Below are positions 10,748 through 23,300 of a stretch of DNA of 64,000 nucleotides, piece by piece (position 1 is the stretch's first letter; the number at the start of each line of letters is the position of its first letter). The stretch covers positions 23,473,455 through 23,537,454 of the forward strand of contig OZ316897.1 of assembly GCA_973895155.1 (NCBI GenBank). Direction: 5' to 3'. The translations under genes were made by a program, and so were the position numbers. Under the pieces are notes generated by a model. That model searched no databases. It worked only from the letters and a program-made list of their open reading frames with translations, and was not told where the DNA came from. The DNA comes from Marsupella aquatica (Eukaryota; Plantae; Marchantiophyta).

Positions 10748-12197
10748 TGTGGTATGGGTGTCCCTGCAATTTTTTCTGGAAACTTGTTTATTTTTAGCAT
10801 ATCACAAGATTTACTTACACTTTAGACACCTTCCGGCCAACATTTACTTGTTCTGGACACTTATAGAAATATTTGACATCTCCGGCTTTCCTGACGATTC
10901 CTAGTGTACTTTGCCCGACGCTGTGACCAGCGCCCGTTTCTTTTACTCAAGACGCTGCGGAAGCGTCCAACCTCCTCATGACGCTTTTGGCAGTGCCCGA
11001 CCGCCACCAAGACTCTATGAGGATTTCGACCGACGCTGTGGAAAGCGTCAGCTTCAACACACAACGCTGTGAGCAGCGTCCACCCTAGTATCGACGCTGT
11101 GAGCAGCGTCCACCCTAGTATTGACGCTGTGAGCAGCGTCCACCCTAGTATTGACGCTGTGAGCAGTGTGAGCAGCGTCCGTTGGTTTTACTTAAGACGC
11201 TTCTAGCAGCGTCCAGATTCTCCCGACGCTTCTAGCAGCGTCCGCTCAACACTTAGTTTTTGAAGTAGATTACTAGTAAAGTAGTATTCTACCACCCTTG
11301 TTGAAGTACTTATGCTGTGCTTCTCCCTTGTTTAGTTTTAAGCTTGGAAAGGCACGACTGTTCTTACCTCCTCCATTTTAGGATTCCAGCACTTATAAGA
11401 CAGAGTAGAATGCTCATTTGAAGTAGAGAGAAATAGAGTTAATACTGTATTCAGAATTGAGTCTTCTGAATAGTTTTCTCCTCCTTCCATTGTAACAAGG
11501 CATGCTGTGAGTGTTTTGTATGGAAGTAAAGCTATATTGATTGAAGTTAAGATTGAATTCAAGAGATTCCTGTGGTGATTGAATTCAGTTGCAGATTTCT
11601 GAAACTCGTATTGAATTCACTGCTAGGCTTGCTTGCAGAGTCGGGATTCGCTAGCCAATTCAAGAATAGTTAATGATAAATGAGAAGTAAATTCTGATTC
11701 TCAGAGTAGTTAGTACTGTTGCTTTGATTCTGGAATATGGTTTAGAGTTTGACTGAATTGCGTATCGCTGATGTCAAACCATGTTGACGGCATTTTAAAT
11801 CATATCATTCATTTGCAATCAGAAAGCTTCTGTTTCATCAGATTGAGAATTCCATTATCATTAACCTTTGTGTTTTGAAGAGTGAGATGGATGAATTATG
11901 AGATAGATTTCATGTCTATACTGAGCCCAAATCCTTTCTGAAGGAGTGGCAGTAGCAGCTTGTAGTCTCTAAATCCTTACTCATTTCTTCTCTAATTCAT
12001 AAATCAGAAGTTCAGTTACTTTGTTGTTTGTTTATTCGATTTTTTTATTGAGAAGTGAAGTCAACATAGAGCTCAAGACTCTAAATCACTCGGAGTGATA
12101 AAAGTTATACAATTCATTCTGAAATCTGTTCTTAAAGGGATCGAAACCCTGGTTTTAGGTGAGGAGAGTCACTTTTGATACTTAGCACTATACGACA
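10748..12197 (+). repeat. 3' LTR (~1450 bp) of the gypsy element
   Basis: Starts TGTGGTATGG after the PPT and ends CTATACGACA (8/10 inverted match). Sequence switches to the DNMT coding region immediately after. Confidence 0.8.
11063..11180 (+). repeat. 30-bp tandem repeat containing a GACGCTG-TGAG-CAGCGTC hairpin
   Basis: About 3.5 copies of GACGCTGTGAGCAGCGTCCACCCTAGTATT inside the LTR. Confidence 0.9.
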
Positions 12198-12767
12198 ATC
12201 ATCACCTAACAATGGCACATTCTCCAAAATGTATGCTGGAGACTGTGTCTGATGTAGCTGGAGATGACGCAGCTGGAGATGACGCAGAGCGTGGATCATG
12301 AAGTCCATGCCCAACGCCAGCTCTAGATTGGCCCTGACATGGCCAACCAGCAATCACCAAATCAATGGGGCCAACACGATGCAGATAATCTGCCCCCAAC
12401 AATGAAATATCAGCAGGTAGTGCATGCTAATAACCACGAACAACATCCACTGGCAGCAATTGTGGAATCTATCCACCAACATAGCCACCTATCGCAATGA
12501 GACCCTCTGTGCTGTCTCATCTGACTCCACATACAAATAACGATGCACAAGAATTCCTGCCTGAAGAATAGCAGCCAATCCAATGCTAATCCCACCAAAA
12601 AGATCTAACAAACAAATACCCTCCGGTGGATACTGCCAAGCAATAGGAGTGATATCCAATGGTGAAAGAGTCACAGGTCCATCTGCAAGAGGCTGCTCTG
12701 CTCCTGACTGTGGTGTAAAAGCATGACGCCATGCATCATGTACCAATCGTGCTGCTGTCTGTGGCAA
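12198..12767 (-). pseudogene. Cytosine-5 DNA methyltransferase domain (N-terminal half)
   Basis: Motif I LLDLFGGIS, motif II YLYVE, motif IV IDLVIAGWPCQGQSRAG and motif VI YILENV. Contains stops and frameshifts. Confidence 0.88.
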
Positions 12768-12770
12768 GGC

Positions 12771-13790
12771 CTATGCAGTGCCCCACACTGGTGGCACAAC
12801 ACTACCAACAGGTAATCCTTGCATGATGTGCTCCTTATGAGACTCCTCCAATGGTGGAACATCTGTTGCATGCGCATTACCCTCAATAAAATCATCAGGT
12901 CTAGCAATTAGACCACTGAATGCTGCCAAAGACAATGGTGTGGATTTAGGGCCTCCCACAGGTCCACTAAATCTCACTGGCAATTTTCTCAATCGAGCAT
13001 CTCCTGACTGCCAATCAGGTCTATATGACACTGATTCCTCCCAAAAATCAAGAATAAATCCCATGGGGTAGAGCACTGTACATCCCACCAACACATCATA
13101 TGACTCTGCCTTAGTCAGAATAGCTCGCGCCTGTATCTGTGAGCTATCTGTGGTATGACCTTCCTGAATCCTCAAATCAAGAGGTCTCCTGGTAATGTGC
13201 TGTGTAGGTGTAGGTCCCCCCAATGAAGTCTGAATGGGAAAGGGACAATCCTCCAAATCCTCTGGACGCAATCCCAATCCACGTATGGCAAACTTTCCCA
13301 ACATCAAGGGCTGAGCACCAGTATCCAGTAACACCCTCTCTGGCTGGTATACTGCTCTAGAAGGCCCAACTAATCGGAAGATACCACTCCGATTATCCAA
13401 TGATACAACACTAGGTTTAAACCTAGTCCTCTCAAATGCAGGGCGTGCTGATAAATCCACCAACCTCGCTGCTGCTGCATGCCATGTCTCACTAGTAGCA
13501 GTAGGTGACATGGTCTTCACTGCATCAACACTGCAAGTTGCTTCTGCATGGGAAGCAACCACTGGAGTGTCCTCACAGAGTGTAGCTGCCAATCTGAACA
13601 CTTTTGCAGGACCAACTCCCAAGTTCAGCATGTTTGTCGCTGAAAATAATGGGGCACGTACCATGGCAGTAGCCGCCCCCAGCAAGGTACCTGTCATCCC
13701 TGCTGCATCACTACCTGATTCTGCCAACTTACCCACATCAGGGTTTGTCCGAACCGGGTTCATAGAGGCAGTCTGAACTGTCTCTGACAA
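12771..13790 (-). pseudogene. Retrotransposon aspartic protease region
   Basis: VLLDTGAQPLML...YDVLVGCTVL. In frame with the DNMT ORF across one TAG. Confidence 0.8.
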
Positions 13791-14042
13791 TGTAAAAGAC
13801 TGAGGAAGCTTTGTCTACCAACGTGCATCCCCCCTTTGTGGATCTAACTCCACTACTGCTCCTCGGGGCTCAAGAGCTTTGGCTGTCCCACGTGTCAAAG
13901 CTGCTGATGCATCAATATGTGCAGTGCCACACATGAATCCCATGGTGGCAAGGTCTCCATCAGCTCCATAAGATGTGGAAGGACCATGGGATGTGGAAGG
14001 TCCATAGGATGTTGATGCCCCATCACCAAAAGTAGGTCTCAC

Positions 14043-15377
14043 CTAGGAACTAGCCATGGCAGCTAGCTGTTGCTCCAATTGAGCAATCTTAGCATCCTTT
14101 GGATCTATGGTTATAGTAGGGGCAGCGTCACCTCCCTGTCTCCCTGCATGTGGCATGCCACGACCACGTCCACCGCCTCTACCTCCTCCTCTTCCCTGAT
14201 TATGTGTACGGGATCCTCCTCTCCGTAACTCAGGATGGAGTGAGAAACACCTATCCTTGGTGTGTCCAGGAGCTCCACAATGATCACATTGTCGTTGATC
14301 AGGCGCTGATGCTCCCCCTGATCCTCTATGATCTGGGCAATATCTTTGTGCATGATCCCCACCACAGGTCCAACATCCTGACTGTTGTCCAGCATAAGAG
14401 GGCACAGGTCTCTGGCTGGTAGACTCTCGTGCAGTAGGCTTCTCCCTCTGGCTCTTCCGTGCAGTAGGCTGTGGTGTGGATGTGGATGCAGCCTTTGGTG
14501 CTTCCTTGGCAAATCCGGAAGTCACCACCTTCTCATTCACCATATTGAGCTCAATGCGCTCAAAAAGTGTAAAAACATCTGCTAATGTGGGATCTGCATC
14601 CCTAAGCAGAGTGACATCTCTCACTCTGCGTCGCAATTCTCTATCCAGAATTGCATACCAAAACTGGACTGCCTGAGCCTCTGTCACTCCCTTGGTGACA
14701 GTGATCAATCTGCCCATACGAGTGTATGCCTCACGTAGACTCTCTCCAGTCTTGTGCTGGAACTCCTGAAGACCCTTCAACTTATCAGTTCTTACACCCT
14801 GATAGTTCTGCTTCAGTACCTCAAAGAATTCCACCACAGGGTTAAATGCTGGCGCAACTCAAGTTCCTGTCACAATCACACCGGCAGGAGTAGCGGTGGA
14901 TGCTGTTGGAGTGCTGCTGGTGGATGGTGTGCCACTCTAGCTAGTGCTGCTAGAAGAAGCAACAGTTGTGGCAATGGGTTGGGCAGCCGCACTAGTGCCA
15001 TAGGTGATGGACACGTAATTAGGCGACCAATGCTACCTCCATGCCTCAATCTCAACCAAATGAGCCTTCCAAAACTCATGGTAGTCATCCATGGGTGGCC
15101 CCTCCAAATGCTGAAATAATCCCTTCCATGCCATGAAAGGGGTAAACAATGTGGCGTTACGCAATGTCTGCACATCGTACCACATATCAAACTCCTGGAT
15201 GAAGTCATCCAGATCAATCGTGCCAACTGCACCAGAGTATCGTCGTGGGCCCTTTGTAGCCCCGTACATCTCGTCCATATCCCACAACAAAGGTGCAACC
15301 ACCTGATGATGAGGAGAACTGGTCACTGAATCCTCATCAGAATCACTGTCTGAAGCTGCATTGCTGACTGCTACCAA
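14043..15377 (-). pseudogene. gag: Gag of the DNMT gypsy element (frameshifted)
   Basis: RYSGAVGTIDLDDFIQEFDMW, LQEFQHKTGESLREAY, and knuckles CWTCGGDHAQRYC and CDHCGAPGHTKDRC. Confidence 0.8.
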
Positions 15378-15420
15378 TGCCGCTGGCCGAAATTATGCCC
15401 CACTTCGAGTGAAACCGGTC

Positions 15421-16447
15421 TGTCATCCATCGGGTAATCCAGCAGCACCAAAAGAATCCGTGGTGACCAACCCTAACCTAATCTATGTGCTAACCCTAAG
15501 GGCAATCTATCCCTGTCAGCACCACAAGCACTCACCTTGGTGTGTTGGGCATCACTCCAACATCACCAGGAAAGAAATACACAGCACACTAGAATGTCCA
15601 GTTGCAAACCCGGATCACTCCTATGGAATCAAGCGCCCACACCGAACCAACATGGCGCATAAACAGGAAACAAGTGTGGAGAGGATCCAATCAACAAGAA
15701 TAGTCAAACACTAACTCTCCACACCAAGAGTGATCACACATTGATCAAACAAATATTCATAATGTTCAATGAAAGGCCTTCATAATAGGCTTCATGATGT
15801 CCCAATGTTATAGATGAGAAACCATGCATAATTGGTTCAATCTGTGTATTTAGATGAACTCAGAACTATCAAAAACCTCTAAATGAGCCTATGATTTGGC
15901 CCGAAACAAGGCTCTAAGCAAACCGGAAAGTGTATAAAGCCCCCTGGCGCTTGAATCTAAACAACAAGTTGTGAAAACTTGTGTGTACACAAGATGGGAT
16001 GAGAACTTGCCAATTAAGCGCTTGCGGCTGGGAATAGCCCCGGGATGGGTGACCTCCTCGCGCTCGACCTCGTGCCTCCCCTCGCGCTCACGAATTGGAA
16101 TAGCCCCGGGATGGATGGGTGACCTCGACCTCGTGCTTGCTTGCGCTCGCGATGGGTGACTTTGCGCTTGCGGTTGGGGGCACTTTCGGGATGGGTGACC
16201 TCACGCATCGCCTTATGCGCGCACAGTTGTGTGTGTATACAAAATAGAAGTCGTCGGGCTCAGAAATGGCAACATTTGCCACTCAAAAGCAGCGATTTCC
16301 TTCACAAAAATGGCAACGTCAATGGCTCTTGACCTCTGCAAACCTGTTGCGCACGGTTCTGGGACATTTTGTGAGCGTCCCTTGACGATAAAACGCTGCG
16401 AGCACTCAAAATTCCAACAGATCTGTCCACAAAACAGCAGTGTGACA
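15421..16447 (-). repeat. 5' LTR (~1027 bp) of the DNMT gypsy element
   Basis: Minus strand reads TGTCA...TGACA. The right end interrupts the LTR-like unit ORF at GACA|CCTGG. Internal GGGATGGGTGACCTC repeats at ~16030-16200. Confidence 0.75.
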
Positions 16448-19400
16448 CCTGGAAAGGCTGGGCGGCGACCCTACCGGAGGAAGTGCAATTACACTTTGCA
16501 CGGGAGGAGGATGCATGCTTTACAGCCATGCAGACCAAGAAGTACCAAGGCTTCATGGCCGGATCCGGCTTGGAAGCTTTCGTAAGATTACCAGGGCTGA
16601 AGCCCGAGGTGCCGGACTCAGACTTGTTAGAATTCGTGGGATCATGGGAACCCGAGACCAATTCCACGAGGGTGTATGGGAAGGATTTCTATCTCACTCC
16701 CCGGGTGATTGCTGAAGTGTTTGGCTTGCCGATGGGTAATAAGACCAAGGTTGATACTAGGAAGACCTTACCTGACAAGGAGTTTCGGTCGTTCCTAGGA
16801 CCATCAACAAAGAATGGCTTCTTCCGAAACACCTGCACCAACCCGCACATCGGAGAGATGATCGATTTCTTGCGGGTGACCATGCACTGTAACTTTCCGA
16901 GGGCAGAGATCGGCAAGGCTCAGGTCTACCTGGCAGAAAGGCCAGACCCAAGCCGGGATTACAACGGGTACCTCCTCAACCAACTGAAGAAGATCTTGAA
17001 GGAGGAACAGCAGGTGATCGGCGTGGGAAGCGTGTCCCGGCTTGGCTATCACATGCCGCTGTTGTGCCGGTATGCCATAAGTCAAATCTTTGCCCCAGTA
17101 CTTCCCCTATCGACAAGAGCACCGGAGGAGGTCCCAGAGCAGAGGCCGGCACCAGAGAAGCCCAACCAGCCTGACAGTCTGACGATCGAGCAGGTGTTTA
17201 GACCAAGGAAAGAAGACTTGCCGATGCAGCAACCAGGCATGCAGAATCTGCTGAAATTGCTGGAGAAGGAAAGGAGAACGGTTCCGGCAACAACAACAAA
17301 ACCGGCACCGATACAAGACGCTGCCCCAGAAGCCGACCTAAGCCGGCTTACAAGGGAAAACCCCTTTACTAGAGTCAAGGAGAGAGGGAGGCCGGAACAT
17401 GAGTCGGGAGTCCGGATGTATGTAGGAGCCTCAAGTCCCGAAGCCGAGGAAAAGCAGGCCGTAGCTCCCGACCACGACAAGGAGAACAAGAGATCAACAC
17501 GGAAGCCGGAGGAGGAACCAAGACCGGTGAGAGGTGAAGCCGTGTTCACAACAAAACCAGGACAACAGCGGGAGAAGCCGGTAGTCCAAGCCGAGGAGGA
17601 GGCGGTAGAGGACTACAGCAATGATGACTCCGGCTATGGGTCGGATCATCATGTTCCAGGAGTAAGGACCTGTGGCCGGTTCATCCCCACGCTCCCAAGA
17701 GTAGTTCGAGGAGACCCAAGCCAACAGAGCAGCCCCGAGTCTCCCCCACCAGATGTCGCTCCCCCGAGCTTTGACAGCATAAAATAGACGGTGTAGGAAT
17801 TTCAGGAGCGAATCAGGGAGGAAGAGGAGGCAGCCCTGGCTAGGGAAAAGGATTTACCAGGAGGAGAATGGCCAGAGGACATCAGGCGGCTTGCAGAAAA
17901 ACAAAGCAACCCTCTTGCCACCGTAGAAGAAATCCGCAAGACGGCTTGGGAGCAGAGGCCGCGGTGGTTGATGCCGATGACTTCTAGTTACTCCACCTAT
18001 GCTAAGGATAGAGCCATCGAGTACGGGGAAATGCGTGGAGAGCTGGCGCTCAGCATCTTTGGGGAGGAGTTGGAGCAAGGACCCTTTTTCCAGAGGGAGA
18101 TGTTGGAGAAGCGCCAATTAGAAGAAGCGGTGACTTTGGAAAGAAGCAAGAAGGACGAGGTCATCCGTCAGCTTAGGGCAAGAGAAGCCAAAATCAAAGA
18201 CCTGAGGGCGGCCAAGAAAGCCCAAGATGAACTGCGGATAAAGCGGCATGAGCTAAATATCATGCAGGGCCAATTGGATACCGCACAGTCTGATAATCGG
18301 ATTATCGAGAATAAACTGACTCGAACCCAAGGAGAGTTCGTCGATGCGATCAAGGAGCGGGAGAAGTGGAAGCGAGAGCTGAGGGATGCAGAGGAGGCCC
18401 ACATAACGGCCAACAACCGGGCCATGGCGGAGACCCAGAGAAGGGAAAGGGCATTGAAGGGGGAGCTCGAGGTTATCCACGGAGCCCTTGAGAAGAAGGA
18501 GGCCGAGTTAGGGAAATCCTATCAAGGGATTATTGCGCTGCAGCAAGAGCTTGCGTCCCTGACGGCCAGCTTCAAAGCCGACCTGCGTGAGAAGGACAAT
18601 ATGCTCGATCAGACTTATGCCAAGATGAACCAGATGGAGTCTGTCATCATTGCAGAGCTCGACAAGGAGTTAAGAGCGACCCAGGAGGAGAGAGTTGCGT
18701 TTAAAAAGGAATTGGAGGAAGCCCAGAAGGAGCTGGAGGAGGCGTGCAAGGACCTGGAGGAGGCGTGCAAGGACCTGGACGAAGTGCAGGAGGAGTTGGA
18801 GGAAAGCACGCGGAAGCTAGAGAACTTACAACGACGAGCCGACAACCAAACGGAGCGGCTGAAGAAACAAGCCGCAGTATTTAAGTGCTTGGCTTCATCA
18901 GGGCCAACTCAAATTGAGGCCACTAAGTTACCAGGAGTGGTACTAGCCGAAGGACAAACCGCGCCATTTGCACCAGTGCTGGAAGTAAGTAAGAAGGGGA
19001 AGGGGCCAGCTGCCGAACCAGAAAAGAAGAAGAAACGGAAACCTTCAGGGTCAAGGAGTAATACGGCTCCACAGGCCGTGGTGACCATGGAGGTAAACCC
19101 AGCACCGACCTCAGGCAGGATTACGGTAGAGGATCCAACTACCCTAGAAGGGGATGACAAAGCCAAGGCCAGGATACTCGGTAATGAAGCCGAGGTACCC
19201 AATCTGCCACTTAAGTGTGCAAGGGAGGCCGTAGGCGAGGCTGAGGCCGTAGCCGAGGCTGATGTTGAAGCCGATACCGTAGCCGATGCCGGGGGTGGAC
19301 CCAGTCAGGCCGATGGAGAGTTGACTCAGTCAAGGACAGGTAATCTGTCAAAGAACGAACCTACGGCAGTGGCTGAGGAGGAAGCATTGGGGGCATCCAT

Positions 19401-20329
19401 TGAGGGACAGACACCGTTGCCATGACGGTGGTGGAGGGCTGCTCCTTTCAAGGAGGGCGGACGTGGAGGGAGGAGGCGTGAGTGGGCAGGGCGGGCTCAG
19501 ATCTCTAAGTTTAGGATTAGGATCAGGACCAGGAGGCGGCCCTGACACTTAGCTTAGTGGGATTGCGGTTCCACTGGTAAGAGCAACACTTGTACTCCTG
19601 CCTCGCTGTACATAGGTAGATTCAGTTAGGTAGATTAGGCTTACGCTGCAAAGAATTAGGCGGATCCACTACCAGGATAAGTACCTGGGCAGCGGGGAGC
19701 TCAGGGCCTCTTCTTTAGCAAGTTTTTAGTTGCACCAGCCAGGCTGGGATCAAGTAGTAAGAGAAGCTCTCGGTTAGTCATACAATGACCCTTGTGTATA
19801 TTCATGTTTCCTCATGCCTAAGAGCTGAATAGAGTTGGCCTCACGGCTTAGTTCGCAGAGCTTGTGTATGAGATGTACTGTTTGTATGGCAAGTGCATGG
19901 TATGACTCAGTCAGAAGGAGTCATTTTGCTATTTGTGTGTCGCATTAACTTGTGTGAAGAGTGCCCACATCAACTAATAGATGAAGGAAAGTAAGCAAGG
20001 GAGTGAGAGTTGGATGTGTCGAGCTGAGAGAGGTCTTAGCGGCTTAACCAAGCCTATTGGGGATCATTCCGGCGGCGGAATCCAAATATACCTAACAAGT
20101 AGGAGGGGAAGACAAGGGAAGGCCTAGATTAGGCCGGCTACGTATCTCATGACCCGATGAAGGATCTGTCCAGTATATGTGTGTAAAATGTTAATAGTAG
20201 TAGTAGAGGGAGATTAGCAGCGTCCCATGCCACTAAGCCGCGAAAACGGCCTCGCCAAGCGCAAAACCTGCGGGAATCGGCTTGTGAAGGGGGGTTTCTG
20301 GGGTTTAGGGAGCCATGGGACGCACCACA
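16448..20329 (+). mobile_element. 4.7-kb protein-coding LTR-like unit, copy 1 (5' part displaced by nested insertions)
   Basis: Highly similar to copies 2-4; ends GACGCACCACA. Confidence 0.85.
16483..19425 (+). pseudogene. Unit ORF (PMD-like domain plus long coiled coil) with in-frame stops near 17787-17796
   Basis: ORFs 16483-17787 and 17968-19425 are in the same frame. The stops correspond to CAG codons in other copies. Confidence 0.75.
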
Positions 20330-23300
20330 GTACACCGGCCTCATCACTGAGCATTCCGGCTTTGCCCTTGCCATCCCCGCCTTGTAGGATAGTTGGATCC
20401 TCTGCCGTGACCCTGCCTGAGGTTGGTGTCGGGTTTACCTCCTTGATCACGATGGCTTGAGAAACCGTGTTACTCCCCGACCCAAAAGGTTTTTGCTTTT
20501 TCTTCTTCCTTGTTTCAGCAGTTGGTCCCTTCCCCTTGCCACTTACCTCCGGCACCGGTGCGAGTGTCTCGGCTTGTCCTTCGGCCAGTACTACTCCTGG
20601 CAACTTGGTTGCCCCTATTGGAGTTGGACTTGAGGAAGCCAAGCACTTAAATACTGCGGCCTGTTTCTTCAGCTGCTCCATTTGGTTGTCGGCTTGCCGC
20701 TGTCAGTTCTTTATCTTCCACGTGCTTTCCTCCAACTCCTCTTGCAATTCGTCCAGGTCCTTGCGCGCCTCCTCTCGCTCCTTCTGGGCTTCCTCCAACT
20801 CTCTCTGGGCTTCCTCTAGCTTCTTTTTTAAGGTAGCCCTCTCTCCCTGGGTTGCTCTTAGCTCCTTGTCGAGCTCCGTTATGACCTCAGACTCCATTTT
20901 ATTCATCTTGGCATAAGTCTGGTCGAGCTGGTTGTCTTTCTCACGGAGGTCGGCCTTGAAGCTGGCCGTCATGGATGCAAGCTCCTGTCGTAGCACAATG
21001 ATCGCCTGATAGGATTTCCTAACTCGGCCTCCTTCTGCTCAAGGGCTCCGCGGATATCCTCGAGCTCCCCCTTCAACGCCCTCTCCCTTCTCTGGGTCTC
21101 CGCCATGGCCCGGTTGTTGGCTGCTATGTGGGCCTCCTCTGCGTCTCTCAGCTCTCGCTTCCACTTCTCCTTCTCCTTGATTGCATCGACCAACTCTCCT
21201 TGGGTCCGAGTCAGTTTATCCTTGATAATCTGATTATCAGACTGCGCGGTATCCAATTGCCCCTGCGTGATGTTTAGCTCATGCGGCTTAATCCACAGCT
21301 CATCTTGGGCTTTCTTGGCCACCTTCAGGTCTTCTACCTCGGCTTCCCTTGCCCTAATCCGACGGATGACCTCGTCCTTCTTGCTTCTCTCCAAAGCCAC
21401 TGCTTCTTCTAATCGGCGCTTCTCCAACATCTCCCTCTAGAAAAAGGGTCCCTGCTCCAACTCCTCCCCAAAGATGCTGAGCGCAAGTTCCCCACGCATC
21501 TCCCCGTACTCCATGGCTCTTTCTTTAGCATAGGCGGAGTGAGTAGAAGTCATCAGCATCAACCATTGCGGCCTTTGTTCCCAAGCCGCCTTGCGGATTT
21601 CTTCTATCGTGGCTGGAGGGCTGCTTCATTTTCTGCAAGCCGCCTGATGTGCTCTGGCCATTCTCCCCCTGGTAAATCTTTCTCCCTAGCCAGGGCTGCC
21701 TTCTCTTCCTCCCTGAGTCGCTCCTAAAACTCTTGTGCCATCTGTTTTATGTCATCAAATTAAGCTTGGGGGAGCAATATCTAGTGGGGGAGGCTCGGGG
21801 CTGCTCTGCTGGGTGGGGTCCCCTCAAACTACTCTTGGAAGAGTGGGGATGAACCTGCCACAGGTCCTTACTCCTGGAACATGATGGTCCGACCCGTAGC
21901 CGGAGTCATCATGTTCGTAGCCTTCTACCGCCTCCTCTGCGGCTTGGACTACCGGCTCCCCCCGTTGCTCTCCTGGTTTTGCCGTGAACACGGCCTCATA
22001 GATCACGGGTCCTGGTTCCTCCGGCTTCCACGTTGATCTCTTCTTCTCCCTGTCGCGACCAGGAGCTTCGGGCTGTTTTTCCTCGGCTTCGGGACTTGAG
22101 GCTCCTACATACATTTGGACTCTCGGCTCGTGTTCCGGCCTCCTTCTCTCCTTGACCCCAGTAAAGGGGTTTTCCCTGGTAAGTTGGCTTAGGCCAACTT
22201 CGGGAGCAGTATTCTGTACCGGTCCCGTTGCTGTTGCCGTTCTCCTTTCCTTCTCCAGCAATTTCAGCAGATTCTGCATGCCTGGTTGCTGCATCAGCAA
22301 GTCCTCCTTCCTTGGCCTAAACACCTGTTCGATTGTAGGACTGTCGGGCTGGGTTGGTTTCTCTGTTGCCGGCCTCTGTTTCGGAACCTCCTCTGGTGCT
22401 CTTGCCTGCAGGGAAAGTACCGGGGCAAATATCTGACTTCGGGCATACCGGCACAACAGCGACATATGATAGCCAAGCCGGGACACGCTTCCCTTGCCGA
22501 TCACCTGCTGTTCCTCCTTCAAGATTTTCTTCAATTGGGTGAGGAGGTATCCGTTGTAGTCCCGGCTGGGGTCTGGCCTCTCCGCCAGGTAAACTTGTGC
22601 CTTGCCAATCTCTGGCCTTGGCAAGTGGCAGTGCATGGTTACCCGCAAGAAATCAATTATCTCTCCTATGTGCGGGTTGGTGCAGGTGTTCCGAAAGAAG
22701 CCATTCTTTGTTGATGGCCCTGGGAACGATCGGAACTCCTTGTCTGGCAAGGTCTTCCGGGTATCTACTTTGGTCTTATTGCCCGTCGGCAAGCCAAACA
22801 CTTTGGCAATCACTCGGGAAGTGAGATAGAATTCTTTCCCATACACCCTTGTGGAATTGGTCTCGGGCTCCCAAGATCCCATGAATTCTAATAAGTTTGA
22901 ATCCGGCACCTTCGGCTTTAGCCATGGTAACTTTACGAAGGCTTCCAAGCCGGATCCGGCCATGAAGCCCTGGTACTTCCGAGTCTGCATAGCCGTAAAG
23001 CATGCATCCTCTTCGCGTGCAAAGTGTAATTGCACTTCCTCGGGGAGGGTCGCCGCCCAGCCTTTCCAGGTGTCATCCCTTGGTGGAACGGCATTGATGG
23101 GGTTGACCTCCTCTTCTTCAGCTTCTTCCTGCCTCCTGCTCCCTTGCTCGGCTGGCTTCCTTGGTGCCGCCGACCTCGTTCTCTTTGCAGGGGTGGTCTC
23201 TTCATTGATGTTCCCTTTCCTCTTCATAGCAGCTGCCGTGAATGTTTCTCCTAGCACGGTTGCCTTCGTCCACCCCTCCGTGCTACCCTTCAACTCCCAG

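Larger units (their letters stand above)
1..12197 (+). mobile_element. Ty3/gypsy LTR retrotransposon (non-chromovirus, Athila/Phygy-like) with extra 3' ORFs; 5' LTR lies outside the window
   Basis: Intact gag-PR and RT-RH-INT ORFs in gypsy order, no chromodomain, a PPT at 10730-10745 and a 3' LTR TGTGGTATGG...CTATACGACA. Confidence 0.92.
12198..16447 (-). mobile_element. Decayed Ty3/gypsy element carrying a C5 DNA methyltransferase (5' LTR, gag, PR, DNMT; truncated by the nested insertion)
   Basis: LTR 15421-16447, gag fragments with zinc knuckles, protease LLDTGAQ, then DNMT motifs I, IV and VI. Confidence 0.85.

Noticed and set aside
11063-11180. CRISPR-like palindromic repeat array
   Set aside because: The intervening sequences are identical rather than unique spacers, no cas genes are present, and it lies inside a eukaryotic LTR.
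17968-19425. Host SMC/myosin-like coiled-coil gene
   Set aside because: It is the in-frame C-terminal half of the repeated unit ORF, present in several TE copies.
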